Positions 39,200-50,363 of a DNA stretch of 64,000 nt are shown here, in pieces. A model generated the notes under the pieces. The model was not told the DNA's origin. It was given only the letters and a program-made list of their open reading frames with translations, and did not search any database. The DNA is from Malacoraja senta (taxonomy: Eukaryota), in NCBI GenBank assembly GCA_038087875.1, contig CM075988.1, positions 27,466,001-27,530,000 of the forward strand, written 5' to 3'. A program made the position numbers and the translations under genes. How positions within the stretch are numbered: the first letter of the stretch is position 1; every line of letters starts with the position of its first letter.

Positions 39200-39490
39200 T
39201 CAGTCTGAAGAAGGATTCCAACCCAAAACATCACCTGCTCCTTTTCTCCAGAGAAGTTGCCTGACCCGTTGAGTTGCTCCAGCACTTTGTGTCTGTCACA
39301 ATATCAACCAGCATCTGCAGTTCCTTCCTACACTCTCTATCATTGATGTTGGACTTACCAGCCTGTAATTTCTTTGCTTATCCCTTTCTTGAATAAAGAT
39401 ACCACTTCTGATGAAGGGCCTTCAATCCTGCTTCTATATCCGCAGATGCTGCCTGACCTGCTGAGTTTTTCCCGCATTTTGTGTTTTTAT
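39200..39490 (+). mobile_element. Two degenerate Penelope-terminus repeats
   Basis: cagtctgaagaagg...ccagcatctgcagttccttcctacac and ctgatgaagggcc...gatgctgcctgacctgctgag. Confidence 0.7.
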
Positions 39491-40009
39491 GTATGGCTGT
39501 GATGTTGTCTATGGAGTGCTGTCAGTGATATCACGTCCGAGTCAAAATAAACTAAACACAAATGCTTGGAAAACTCAGATCACTGTCACTTTAATTTGCC
39601 ATCCCTCTAGTATTCTGATCTGCCAATCCCTTGGTTCCTGCACTATTCTAAAAAGGTCCAATGTAAGCTGGAGAAACAGCACCTTCTCTTCCATCCTGGT
39701 ACTTTGAAGCTTTCCAGACTCAATAATAAATTGAACAATTTCTGCCAACTCTGTTTCTCTGATTGGCAATGGCCAATTTAGCTTAACGTAATCTGCAGTA
39801 TCTGTAGTATTAATTTGGTTCATCTCCTTCCATGACTCTGGCTGAGCTACTAGGCATTTCCTACATCTCCAACCTACATTTCACGGCTCATAATTGTCGA
39901 TTTGTTTGTTCTCTCTCTTTCTCTGACAACCCCCATTAATATACAACACAGACAGCTTCATCAATACCTCGTCACCACGGCAACCACAACTTCTCCCGAT
40001 CAGAACAAA

Positions 40010-40108
40010 AGGACACAAATTGCTGGAGTAACTCAGCAGGCCAGGCAGCATCTCTGGAGAACATGGATAGGTGACGTTTCGGGTCGAGAACCTTCTTCAG
40101 ACCCATCG
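40010..40108 (-). mobile_element. Penelope-terminus repeat with a hammerhead core
   Basis: Minus strand gatgggt-CTGAAGA-a-ggtt-ctcg-accc-GAAA-cg-TC-acctatc. Confidence 0.8.
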
Positions 40109-40131
40109 GAGACATATGCTTTATCTGTTCC

Positions 40132-40552
40132 TTAGGCCCACTTCGGTCATGGCTGACCATGGGTGTCTCCAGGGTGCTATTCCCTATATGGGGGACGCCT
40201 GTGCATGACTTTGTTTAACGTGGGGAGACTGGTGCACAGACAGCCACCCCACGGTCCTTGACAGATCTTGGTCAGGATCCAGTGGCTTGGAGTCCAAGAC
40301 GACCGGAGACCCTTTACTGCTGCAGCCTTCATCCGCCTTCCCAGCTGTTGTGACGCTCCACTAAGGTCAGCCATCGTCCTCTGCCTGTTCCACCATTGAG
40401 GTCTTGGTTGGATTGCTCTTTGTCAGAGACCTCCCCCTCGATCTTACCGCCATGGGTGGCCCTACCAAGAGCATAGCCCCAAACAGCATCGCTCTCAGGA
40501 TCTCAGGTCCACACAAGTTTCTCCACCATGACAAGGTGACAATCCACGGAGA
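40132..40552 (-). mobile_element. Non-autonomous RTE-derived (Expander/Rex3-like) bipartite retroposon
   Basis: The minus-strand 5' end caccttgtcatggtggag...ggggctatgctcttggtagggccacccatggc resembles recalled fish RTE 5' UTRs. Imperfect TSD atctgttcc / atctgatcc. No ORF. Confidence 0.65.
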
Positions 40553-40631
40553 ATCTGATCCATACCTTCCCTATCATCCGTGAAATGTAAAATTAACTTT
40601 TTTCCCCCTCTTCTCAGTTTAAAAAAAAATG

Positions 40632-40927
40632 TTTTTAGACATACAGCCCTTCTGCCCACCGATTCCACGCCGACCAGCGATCCCCGCACATTAACACTAT
40701 CCAACACTAGGGACAATTTACACATACACCAAGCCAATTAACCTCCATACCTGTTCGTCTTTGGAGTGTGGGAGGAAACCGAAGATCTCGGAGAAAACCC
40801 ATGTGGTCACGAGGAGAACATACAAACTCCGTACAGACAGCACCCATAGTCGGGATCAAACCCGGGTCTTTGGCGCTGCAAGCGCTGTAAGGCAGCAACT
40901 CTACCACTGTGCCACCATGCTGCCCCT
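40632..40927 (-). mobile_element. V-SINE (HE1-like), near full length
   Basis: Reverse complement of the 4447 SINE. Confidence 0.9.
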
Positions 40928-41326
40928 ACCTCTACTGAAGTAACTGCACTTTTAATACTGGAATATTGTACGTTTGTTAAACATGTGGCAATTTTAGTAG
41001 GTAGATTCTTGAAGAAGGGTCCCGGCCTGAAACACTGCCAATCTACATCGAACTGAGAAGATGACTGGAAAAGTTTGTCAGAAAATCAACAGGACCTATT
41101 AGAAGTGTACATCCCATTGGGAAACATGCAATACGACTAGGGTGGCACAGTGGCGCAGCTGATAGAGCTGCTATCTCACAGCACCAGAGACCCAACAGCT
41201 GCTGAATTGATTGGTATGTTAGATCTTCTTTAAGGAGGAAATGTTATGTGTCACCACTGAGACGGTATAGTGACAGATTTAGTGAAAGAGCTCAACAACA
41301 CAAGTTTGTTATGAACATATGTTTTC

Positions 41327-41328
<2 letters not shown>

Positions 41329-41376
<48 letters not shown>
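41329..41376. repeat. (TA)n microsatellite
   Basis: Uninterrupted TA run. Confidence 0.97.
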
Positions 41377-41380
<4 letters not shown>

Positions 41381-41702
41381 CAATAGAGTATATGAAGCCA
41401 AAGGCTGATGCTTAAGTGCGACAAAAACATGAAAATAAGCAACATTTTATAAATGGGAAAAGGGGTGTGGCTGCTTTTATTTTATTGGAGACATGTGCTC
41501 AAAAATATTTTATATATTGAGATAATTCCCTTGGGCCTACTGAATTATAATTCAGTTCAAAACTCAAGGCAAGAATGCTTGCCAGTTATTTTTCACAAAT
41601 CTTGGGCTCACCAAAATGTTCACTATTAAATGCCTTAATATTGAAATAACATATGAATATTAAATATGCTACATAATCTTATTGATCTTTCCAGGTGCTT
41701 AC

Positions 41703-41907
41703 CTAAGACCACAAGATTAATGGCAGATTTCAAATCATACTCTCCTGCATTTTTCACTTTGCATGTGTACAGTCCAGAATCTGTTGCCTGCAGGGAAGAA
41801 ATTTTGATGGAAGCATCGCCCATCAGGTAATCTGCTGCAAAGGAGATTCTCCCTCTCTGCTTTGCACTTACGTTCTCATACACAGAGCCCGACGAGTAAG
41901 TGATCAC
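41703..41907 (-). CDS. CLMP: CLMP-like exon 3, second half of the Ig-V domain
   Basis: VITYSSGSVYENVSAKQRGRISFAADYLMGDASIKISSLQATDSGLYTCKVKNAGEYDLKSAINLVVL with the DxGxYxC motif, ttcacag acceptor and gtaagc donor. Confidence 0.95.
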
Positions 41908-42137
41908 CTGTGAATCAAACAGAATGGAAATTGATCTGTAATAGCAAAATTCAAAACATAGAATGAGTCCCTATATTTGGAGATGTTTGACATGTTTGGG
42001 TCTCTCTTGGATATTCTTTAGGATTCAGTAGCCTTATCCAATCGAGATTATACCTATCTTACTGTCATGTTCCAAGTTGGAACTCTACCATTATCTGATT
42101 ACATCTCCGCCCACCCAAAACCAAAGATATGAAATGG

Positions 42138-42345
42138 GGTAGGAGATAACTGCAGATGCTGGTTTACACTGAAGATATATACAAAAAGCTGGAGTAACTC
42201 AGCGGGACAGGCAGCATCTCTGGATAGAAGGAATCGGTGATGTTTCAGGTTGAGACCCTTCTTCAGACTGAGAGGGGAAGGGAGACACAGAGATATAGAA
42301 GGGTAAGGTGTGAAAACAAGAGATCAAAGGGGAAAAATATATAGA
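42138..42345 (-). mobile_element. Penelope-terminus repeat
   Basis: aactgcagatgctggtttacac...gtttcaggttgagacccttcttcagactgagag. Confidence 0.8.
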
Positions 42346-42679
42346 TCAAATGGTTTTGTTCCACAGAATAATTTCCAAACATCAAATCCCATCTTTTTCG
42401 CATCATATCCTCACCGATTCCTCCCAGATTATATCATTCACTTATTCGGTAAGGGTAATTTGCAGTCACCAATTAACCTGACACAATTTGTTTTATGGGA
42501 GAAATCCAGGCTGTGTGGGGAATAACCTATGTGGTCACTGGGAGAACCTGCAAACTCCACATACTGTAGATAGCACCTGAAATCAGGATGAGACTCTTGG
42601 TTGCTGGAGCATCGTGGCAACAACTCTAGAAGCTGTGTGCTTTTGACACCTGGTGATTCTCTTCCGCGCCCTCTCTTAA

Positions 42680-44270
42680 GCTTCCACATCCTTCCTGTAA
42701 TGCGACCAGACCTGCACAACACTGCTCCAAATGTGGCGTAACCAAAGTTTATACAGCTGCAACATGACTTCCTGACTGTTTTACTCAACGTGCCAACTTA
42801 AAGGGCCTGTCCCACGGGCGGGCGATTTCATGCGGCAAGCGCGACCTAACAGGAAGCGGGGGCCGTCTGAGGACCGCGCGTTGGTCGCGGGGTCGGTCCC
42901 ACGTGGATGGCCGGAGCCGTATGGAGTTGGTCCCGATACCGCGCGGGGCTCTGAAAAAGTGACACTGTCCAAAAATCTCGTGCGGCAACGGCCTGCCGCC
43001 CCGCTGCCGCATCGAGGCTGCACGCACCGCCTCGACGCCGCGTGCACCATCTCCGTCAACTCTTATAGACACAAAATATTGTCTTATAGACACAAAACTC
43101 TTATAGACACAAAATTAATCTTATAGACACAAAAAGCTGTAGTAACTCAGCAGGTTAGACAGCATCTCTGGAGAAAAGGAATAGGTGACATTTTGGGTCG
43201 AGACACCTTCTTCGGACTGAAGTCTTCTGCAGTCTTCTATGGTCTGAGGAAGGGTCTCGACCCGAAACATCACCTACCCGTGTTCACCTACATAAAACCC
43301 GAAACATCACCTACCCGTGTTCACCTACATAAAAACCGCTCGAGCTTCCAACGGACTTTGCTCGAACTGGACGTCCGCTCACCCCCCGCTTCCGGTAAGG
43401 TCGCGCTCGCCGCATGGAAGCGCATGCCCGTGGGACAGGCCGTACGGTGATCAATCGGCCCCCGCTTCCGGGGAGGTCGCGCTTGCCGCATGAAATCGCC
43501 CGCCCGTGGGACAGGCCCTTAAGAAAGCACATATGCTGTATGTCTTTTTTACCAGCCTATCTCTTTGTGGTGTGTAGGAAGGAATGGCAGATACTGGTTT
43601 ACACCAAAGATAGTCACAAAGTGCTGGAGTAACTCAGCGGGACAGTCAACATCTCTGGAGAGAAGGAATGGGTGACATTTCCGGTTGAGAACCTTCTTCA
43701 GACTGAGAGTCAGGGGGGATGGGAGACTAGAGATATGGAAGGGAAGGTGTGAAAACGACAGATCAAAGCAGATGGTTATCGTACATGTGGATTGTGTTGC
43801 TACTTTCAGGGACCTATGGACATGCACCCAAGATCATTCTGTACATTTTGTACATCAGTGCTTCTAAGTGCCCATGCCATTTACTATATATTTTCCTCTG
43901 ACATTTGACCTTCCAAAATGCAACATCTAATACTTGTCTGGATTAAACTGCATCTGCCACTTCTCTGCCCATATTTGTAGCTGGTCTGTATACTTCTGAA
44001 TCCTTTCACTATCTTTCTAACCATCCACAACTTTGGCAATGTTTGTGTCTGCAAACTTACTAATATCCCAAACTACAGAGATCACAGCACTGACCCTGAG
44101 GAACACCACTGATCACAGATCTCCAGTCAGAATAAAACCTCTCCACCTCCATCCACTGTCTTTTTTGGCTGAGCCAATTCTGGCTCCAACCTATCAAGTC
44201 TCCACGGATCCCAGATGCCCTTGATCTCTGGATCAGTCTTTACTAAAGTCCTTGTATATAACATCCACTT
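42680..44270 (-). mobile_element. Old CR1 fragment interrupted by a MITE and Penelope-terminus repeats (43572-43770)
   Basis: CR1 reverse-strand motifs (ctccaaatgtggc.taacc, gtctgcaaacttactaat, ctgaccctgaggaacaccact) lie on both sides of the inserts. Confidence 0.7.
42802..43519. mobile_element. PIF/Harbinger-type MITE with 46-bp TIRs, carrying hammerhead-containing Penelope-terminus sequence
   Basis: agggcctgtcccacgggcgggcgatttcatgcggcaagcgcgacct and its exact reverse complement, with TAA on both sides. Internal partial TIR near 43398-43442. Confidence 0.88.
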
Positions 44271-44579
44271 TCTTGTAAAGTATGAAACTTAGGTTAAGTC
44301 AGCCTCACAACAAAATTACTGAGGATAATCAGAGAAAGATAGATCACTTGGACTTCAGAAAAATAAGCTTAATAATAGATTTTATTTATATAGCGCTTTT
44401 CAGGACTCAAAGTCGCTTAGTAAGAGGAAGAGTCACCAAATATTTCCTGAAGCAAATGACCAGCAGATCTAACCCTAAGCACAACCCTACTTCCGCAACG
44501 ATGTTCTGCGGACTTTGATTGCATCTCCGTGCTTCAGTTTTGCACTATTATAGTCTGGTTACCAAGTATTACTTTAATT

Positions 44580-44870
44580 AGTTTGGTTTAGTTTAGAGGT
44601 ACAGTGTGGAAACAGGCCTTTCGGCCCACCGAGTCCGTGCCGACCAGCGATCCCCATTACACTAGCACACGCTACACACTAGGGACAATTTACAATTTTT
44701 ACGAAAGCCAATTAACTTACAAACCTGTACGTCTTTAGAGTGTGGGAGCACCCGGGGAAAACCCATGTGGTTATGAGGAAAATCTACAAAATCCGTGCAG
44801 ACAGCACCCATAGTTAAGATCAAACCTTGGACTAGGCAGGAACTTTATCCTGTGCCACTGTGCTGCCCAA
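44580..44870 (-). mobile_element. V-SINE (HE1-like)
   Basis: (tttag)n tail, V-domain and head ccactgtgctgccc. Confidence 0.85.
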
Positions 44871-46077
44871 ATACCATAATAAACAAAACCATGTTATTAA
44901 TTACTGATTAATAATTTATGGTATTGTTGATTTTTGTAAATTTGTTTGCTGGGATATTGCATTAATGGCATTATTGTATATTTATTTGTTGTGTTATTGT
45001 TGCAAGTAAAAATGTAATTGTTCCATTTCCAATGCATATGAATAAAATTAAAAATATGTAATTCAATTTCATAATATTGCTATCGTGTTATCATCATTGC
45101 ATTCTGCTTTAATCAAGGCCTTATAATTCCCCACAAGCTCACAAAATGGCAAATTTAAATAATTTAGTTCAACACATGTTAATGTGTTTTAACAGGCCAA
45201 TGTCTTCAGATAAAAATGCTATGAATTAGAATGTGAAAATAATTAATACATTTACATAGTGTGGAACGGATAACTAAATTCCATAATGGCCAACATTTTG
45301 GTTGCATTCAGATATTGCCAAAAAAAAAATCATTCTTGTATGAAGCTGCAGAAATGATCCTAAACTCATGAATTGAAGGAATCCACAGGGAATGCAATGT
45401 TAATCATGTTGCTACTGCTTCACCACAGGATATTTCATATTTAAATGCATCCTTTTCAAAGGCACATCCCACTGATTCAAGCCTTCAGAAAATGTAACAT
45501 GTTTGAAAGTGATTTGTAATTGGACCATCTGTGCACAGAATATTTCCATGAATTACTTTTTTCAATGCCTTTGATTTCCGTCTTGAACAGTGGCAGTAAC
45601 ACTAATGATCACACATCTTGATGACAGTGATCAGTACAACCACTTTATGCTGGTGTCAATAATTTCCCTGGCCATTTAATGTGACTTCCACGGCAGTCGT
45701 GCATAAGATGACATCATTCACTCTTCTACAATCCTTTGTAATGTCATGCCGCACAAACATATCATGCTTTCATAAACTGTTGCCAGGGGGTTTCTTGGAG
45801 TAGTTTCCAGTCCCTTCATTTTTCCAAACTTACCTGACCTGGTCTCCTTGAGACTTCAGGCACCCCACACACTGTACTGACCCATACCTAAGGCCCCAAT
45901 GTCCATGTAACTCCTGTCCGAAAACAGCCTTGATAGTGTGCACTTCCACCACCCCACCACGCACCAATGCCTGAGAATCCTCCATCGCTGCAGCCAAGAA
46001 GGTCATCGTAATCGGCAAAGTCAGACTTCCTTTGACCTGTCCTTGGCCAATTATGAATTCTAAACCAACCTAACTGA

Positions 46078-46392
46078 AGGGCGACACAGTGGCACATCAG
46101 TAGAGTTGCTGCCTTACAGTTCCAGAGACCCAGGTTTGATCTGAACCGTGAGGGTTGTCTGTACAGAGTTTGTACATTCTCCCTGTGTCTGCATGGAATT
46201 TCTCCAGGTCCTCCAGTTTCCTCCCACACTCCAAAGACGTACAGATTTGTAGGTTAATTGGCTTGTGTAAATTGTAAATTGTCCCTAATGTGTAGGATAA
46301 TGTTAGTCTATGGGGTGATCGCTAGTCGGTGTGGACTCGGTGGGCTGAAGGGCCTGTTTCCACCCTGTATCTCTAAAGTTTAAAGTCTAAAG
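46078..46392 (+). mobile_element. V-SINE (HE1-like), full length
   Basis: tRNA-like head, V-domain and (ctaaagt)n tail. Confidence 0.88.
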
Positions 46393-47136
46393 GTGTGACA
46401 GCTTTCTGGCTCAAAATATGCAGATAATTCTTCCTCTTCATTTATGTCAGTACCTCATTCTCCATCTCATCAGCTCTGAGCCAAACTTACTCACATTACA
46501 GAGATTTATTTCTGCAGTAAGTCTTGGCAACACATATCTCTTCATAAAATTCCATACACTGTATATAGCTTCCACAATACCACCTGCTTCTAATCTTGTT
46601 TTGTATAGTTTAAGTTATAAAGTTTTATGTATTTAATTTTCTTGGTACAATTTTATTATGTTTTACACTCAAAGTGAACTAACTGGTTTAAATATTTATC
46701 ATGGAAGATTGATGTGAAGCAGCCGTGGAATTTGACCAAGTATTTATACAGTATTAAAGACTGCGTGGCATTGAATAAAAGTTATTTTCCTTTATTAACA
46801 TCAAATGTCTTAAATATACTGCAAATCAAGAAAATACAAGTCAGGTGGTTCCTTTAAAAAATGGAATAAGTATCAAAGCAATGGAAATTGGCTAAATCAA
46901 GTATTCTCTGACTTGATAGCAGTGCATGCAAAACAAAGCTTTTGATTTGTACCTCGGTGCATGTTGCAATAATAAACTTAAGCCTAATATCATGAGGCAG
47001 AATGGATTAAAAGGTCATGAGAAGCGTGACAAAAAAGTCATGTGAATCACTGTGGTAGAATTACATAGGATGTGCAAGATCTATCAAAAATCACTACCTA
47101 TCCAAAACACGAGGTCCTTGATATGCTGATTAATAA

Positions 47137-47700
47137 TTTAGTTTAGTTTAGAGATACAGCATGGAAACAGACCCTTCGGCCCTCTGAGTCTGCACCGACT
47201 AGCAATCCCTGCACGTTAATACTATCCTACACACAACTCGGGACAATTATACTTATACCAAGTCACTTCACCTACAAACCTGCACGTCTTTGGAATCATA
47301 GGGTCATAAGATCTAGGAGCAGAATTAGAAACATAGAAACATAGAAAATAGATGCAGGAGTAGGCCATTCGGCCCTTTGAGCCAGCATCGCCATTCAATA
47401 TGATCATGGCTGATCATTCAAAATCGGTACCCCGCTCCTGCCTTTTTCCCCGTATCCCTTGATTCCTTTAGCCCTAAGAGCTAAATCTAACTCTCTCTTG
47501 AAGAAACGAGGTCATTCGGCCCATCAAATCTAATCCGCAAGTGTGGGAGGAAACCGAAAAATTCGGAGAAGACCCACGTGGTCACAGGGAGAACATACAA
47601 AGTCCATACAGAAAGCACTCGCAGTCTGGACCAAACCTGGGTCTCCGGTGCTGTAAGTGCTGTAAGGCAGCAAGTCTACCGCTGCGCCACTGTGCTGCCC
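47137..47700 (-). mobile_element. V-SINE interrupted by nested CR1 3' ends (about 47295-47540)
   Basis: SINE halves cgtctttgga / agtgtgggaggaaacc are separated by (catagaaa)n-tailed CR1 sequence. Confidence 0.8.
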
Positions 47701-48908
47701 AATACTTCTCACATAATCAACAATATAATCTTGTTGTTATCACATTACTTCTTGTGTGATCGAACTGCCTGCAAATTGACTGCTTTATTGTCAACATTAC
47801 ACATCAATAGTTCTTTATTGGTTATAATTTTGCTTGCGGTGTGTCCTGAAGAGGAAAGTTCAGATTGTTACTTGCCCTGTGCTAGACAGAACTTCAACTG
47901 GCCCACTGTGGTCTGCAGGCTGCAGAGATCTGGTCAAGTGCTGTACACCACTGATATGCCATGCCTCATGCATTCTCCCCACCCTCCTCCAAAAATATAT
48001 CAGTTCCAGCTCAATGGGTGTGATTGTGCGAAGTTTAGAGCTCAACCAATCTCCATGGGAAAGAAAAGGAAACTTACAGACCAATCAACTTAAATCTTAC
48101 AAAGTAACATTGTCACAGGCCCGAACTCAGATCACTTTTCCAGTTCGTTTTTGAGTAAATAAATGCAGCTGTCAGGTTTGGCTTTTTGGATACATATTCT
48201 ATCACTGCAGCGAGGAATATGTTTATAGTAATTCTAACTAACCTCATTATTAAATACAAGGTGAAAAAGGGAAACAAATGAAAGAAAGATTGACAATAAT
48301 GCCCTCCTTTGTTCACGAGTCAAAATCCATAACATTCATAAACATTCTCATAACCTACCTCTTAACCACAGTGTATTCTCTGAGTAACTGCAATCTACAG
48401 ATGCAGTTTCTGCAAACTGCATCAGTAGATTCCCAATCAAACCTTTTCTGTAATTGTTACATCAGTTGTTAGGGAAATGTCAGTATGGAGCATATAGAAC
48501 CTATGGTTTCTTTACACTGGGAATAGTCTGGGGCACACGTACACAGAATGATTAGGATCTGGTCACTTATACGACTGGTGCCAAAGCCTTCAAAGGCATT
48601 ATTATATAACTGAGCCTGCGTGAGCCAGAAGAAACCTTATCCAAATGCTTAAGTTAATATTCAGTGTCAAGTTATTATTCAGTGAATATTGAAGGAAAAA
48701 TCACCTGCAATTCTTCCCAACGGAGAACTTGCTTCAAACAACAATTACAAAATCTGCTTCATTTTTTAAAAATGTGGAAAAGGGGTAATTTGAATCAAGT
48801 GATGAATTCAAGTGAATTATGGTGCAATGTGATAATTCTAAGAAAGATGAATGCAAAAATAATAAACATTCATTTGAATTATAAAATATTTGCTACAGAA
48901 ATACTCAC

Positions 48909-49057
48909 CACTTTCTGATTTGGGTCAGAGTCCTGTAAAAGCCACTCAATATCCAGGTTCTTTGTTACTAAATGACCAAACCGATGCTGACATGGCAGCA
49001 CAACATCCTGCTCCTCAATCCTCTTTATTTCAGTAGCAGTCGAGAAGCAGATACAAC
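48909..49057 (-). CDS. CLMP: CLMP-like exon 2, end of the signal peptide and first half of Ig-V
   Basis: CICFSTATEIKRIEEQDVVLPCQHRFGHLVTKNLDIEWLLQDSDPNQKV, with a gttgtag acceptor and gtgagt donor. Matches recalled CLMP TEIKR..V.LPC..LDIEWLL..NQKV. Confidence 0.94.
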
Positions 49058-49289
49058 CTACAACAGAAAGAACGCATAGAGTAAGTGCAAGGAAGTAAGT
49101 ACAGAGTAACAAAGAGTAACTTGCAAGTGTGATGCTGAAACCTTGCAGACCTCAATGACTTGCATCGCCATTAACATTCCAACTCTAGTTAATGTCACAG
49201 GATTGAGAAAATCTCATTTAAATAAATGAAGCTGTCTGAGGTTTATAAACGGGAACAGGTAATTTGCCCTGTTCAGTTCCAACCATACT

Positions 49290-49625
49290 TAACATCCGGT
49301 GGAGAGACAAAGTAAGCAATGTGGACCTGTGGAAAAGAACAAGCCATTGACTTCCAAATTCGACGGTGAAAATGGAGTTGGATTGGACACACCCTCAGGA
49401 AACCTGCCACAAACATCACCCGGCAAGCCCTGAAATAGAACCCCCAAGGAAAAAGGAAAAGAGGTCGCCCAGGAACAGTTGGAGAAGAGGTGTCCAGACA
49501 AAAATGTTTGAGAGTGGGCTCAACTGGGGAGATCTCTAAAGAACTGCCAACAACCAAGTGAGGTGGAGGACATATGTCAATGGCCTATGCAACCTGGAGG
49601 ACCAAAGGGCTTAAGAAGAAGAAGT
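49290..49625 (+). mobile_element. RTE-clade LINE 3' fragment
   Basis: Translates as [33 protein letters not shown], with a (gaa)n tail. Confidence 0.8.
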
Positions 49626-50022
49626 TCAAACCAGCAACTAACTTCCTTCCATTAGCAAAATACTGTATACACCCATTTTGAACACAGCCTCTTTTTGTGG
49701 AATTAGTTAACGACCTCTTAATTGTATGTAGTGATATACAATACGATAAGATAACATAGAACTTCATTCATCCCAGGAGGGAAAGAAATATAGAAAGGTA
49801 ATGAAATGTATTAGCAGCAGCAATACGGTTGTGCTCATCTGTCTGTAATCAACAGATGATTCAGATGATGTTCCTACCAATCACGGAACTGCAGTAACAT
49901 TTAGATTATTTACACATCTCTAATGGTTTAAATTTTTTTTACCCGCTGGATGTGTTAGGCAAATTGCTTTTCTCTTTTGTTCGAAATTCACGGATTATTG
50001 TTGGATCCTTACATTTCCCTAA

Positions 50023-50363
50023 TGGGCCTGTCCCACTTACGCGACTTTTTCGGCGACTGCCGGCACCTGTCATAGGTCGTTGCAGGTCGCCGAAAATTTT
50101 CAACATGTTGAAAATCCAGTGACGACCAGAACGAGGAACGACTCTTTGGGCGACTACTCATGACCATACAAGCTTCACCCCGCGACATGTCACCAGGGTG
50201 TCGCCTGTATGGTCGTGAGTAGTCTCCTCAGTCACCCAAAGAATCGTAGCGTCTTTCTAGTCGCCACTGGAATTTCAACATGTTGAACATTTTCGGCGAG
50301 CTGCAACGACCTATGAAGGGTGCTTGCAGTCGCTGAAAAAGTCGAGTAAGTGGGTCAGGCCCA
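50023..50363. mobile_element. Almost fully palindromic Harbinger-type MITE
   Basis: tgggcctgtcccacttacgcgac / gtcgagtaagtgggtcaggccca, with inverted symmetry continuing to the centre near 50190. Flanked by taa / tta. Confidence 0.85.

Noticed and set aside
45830-46060. Minus-strand ORF ending at a perfect cag|gtaagt donor, considered as a possible extra CLMP exon
   Set aside because: Exons 2 and 3 already join in frame to give a complete Ig-V domain. The peptide is unrecognisable and no convincing acceptor was found.
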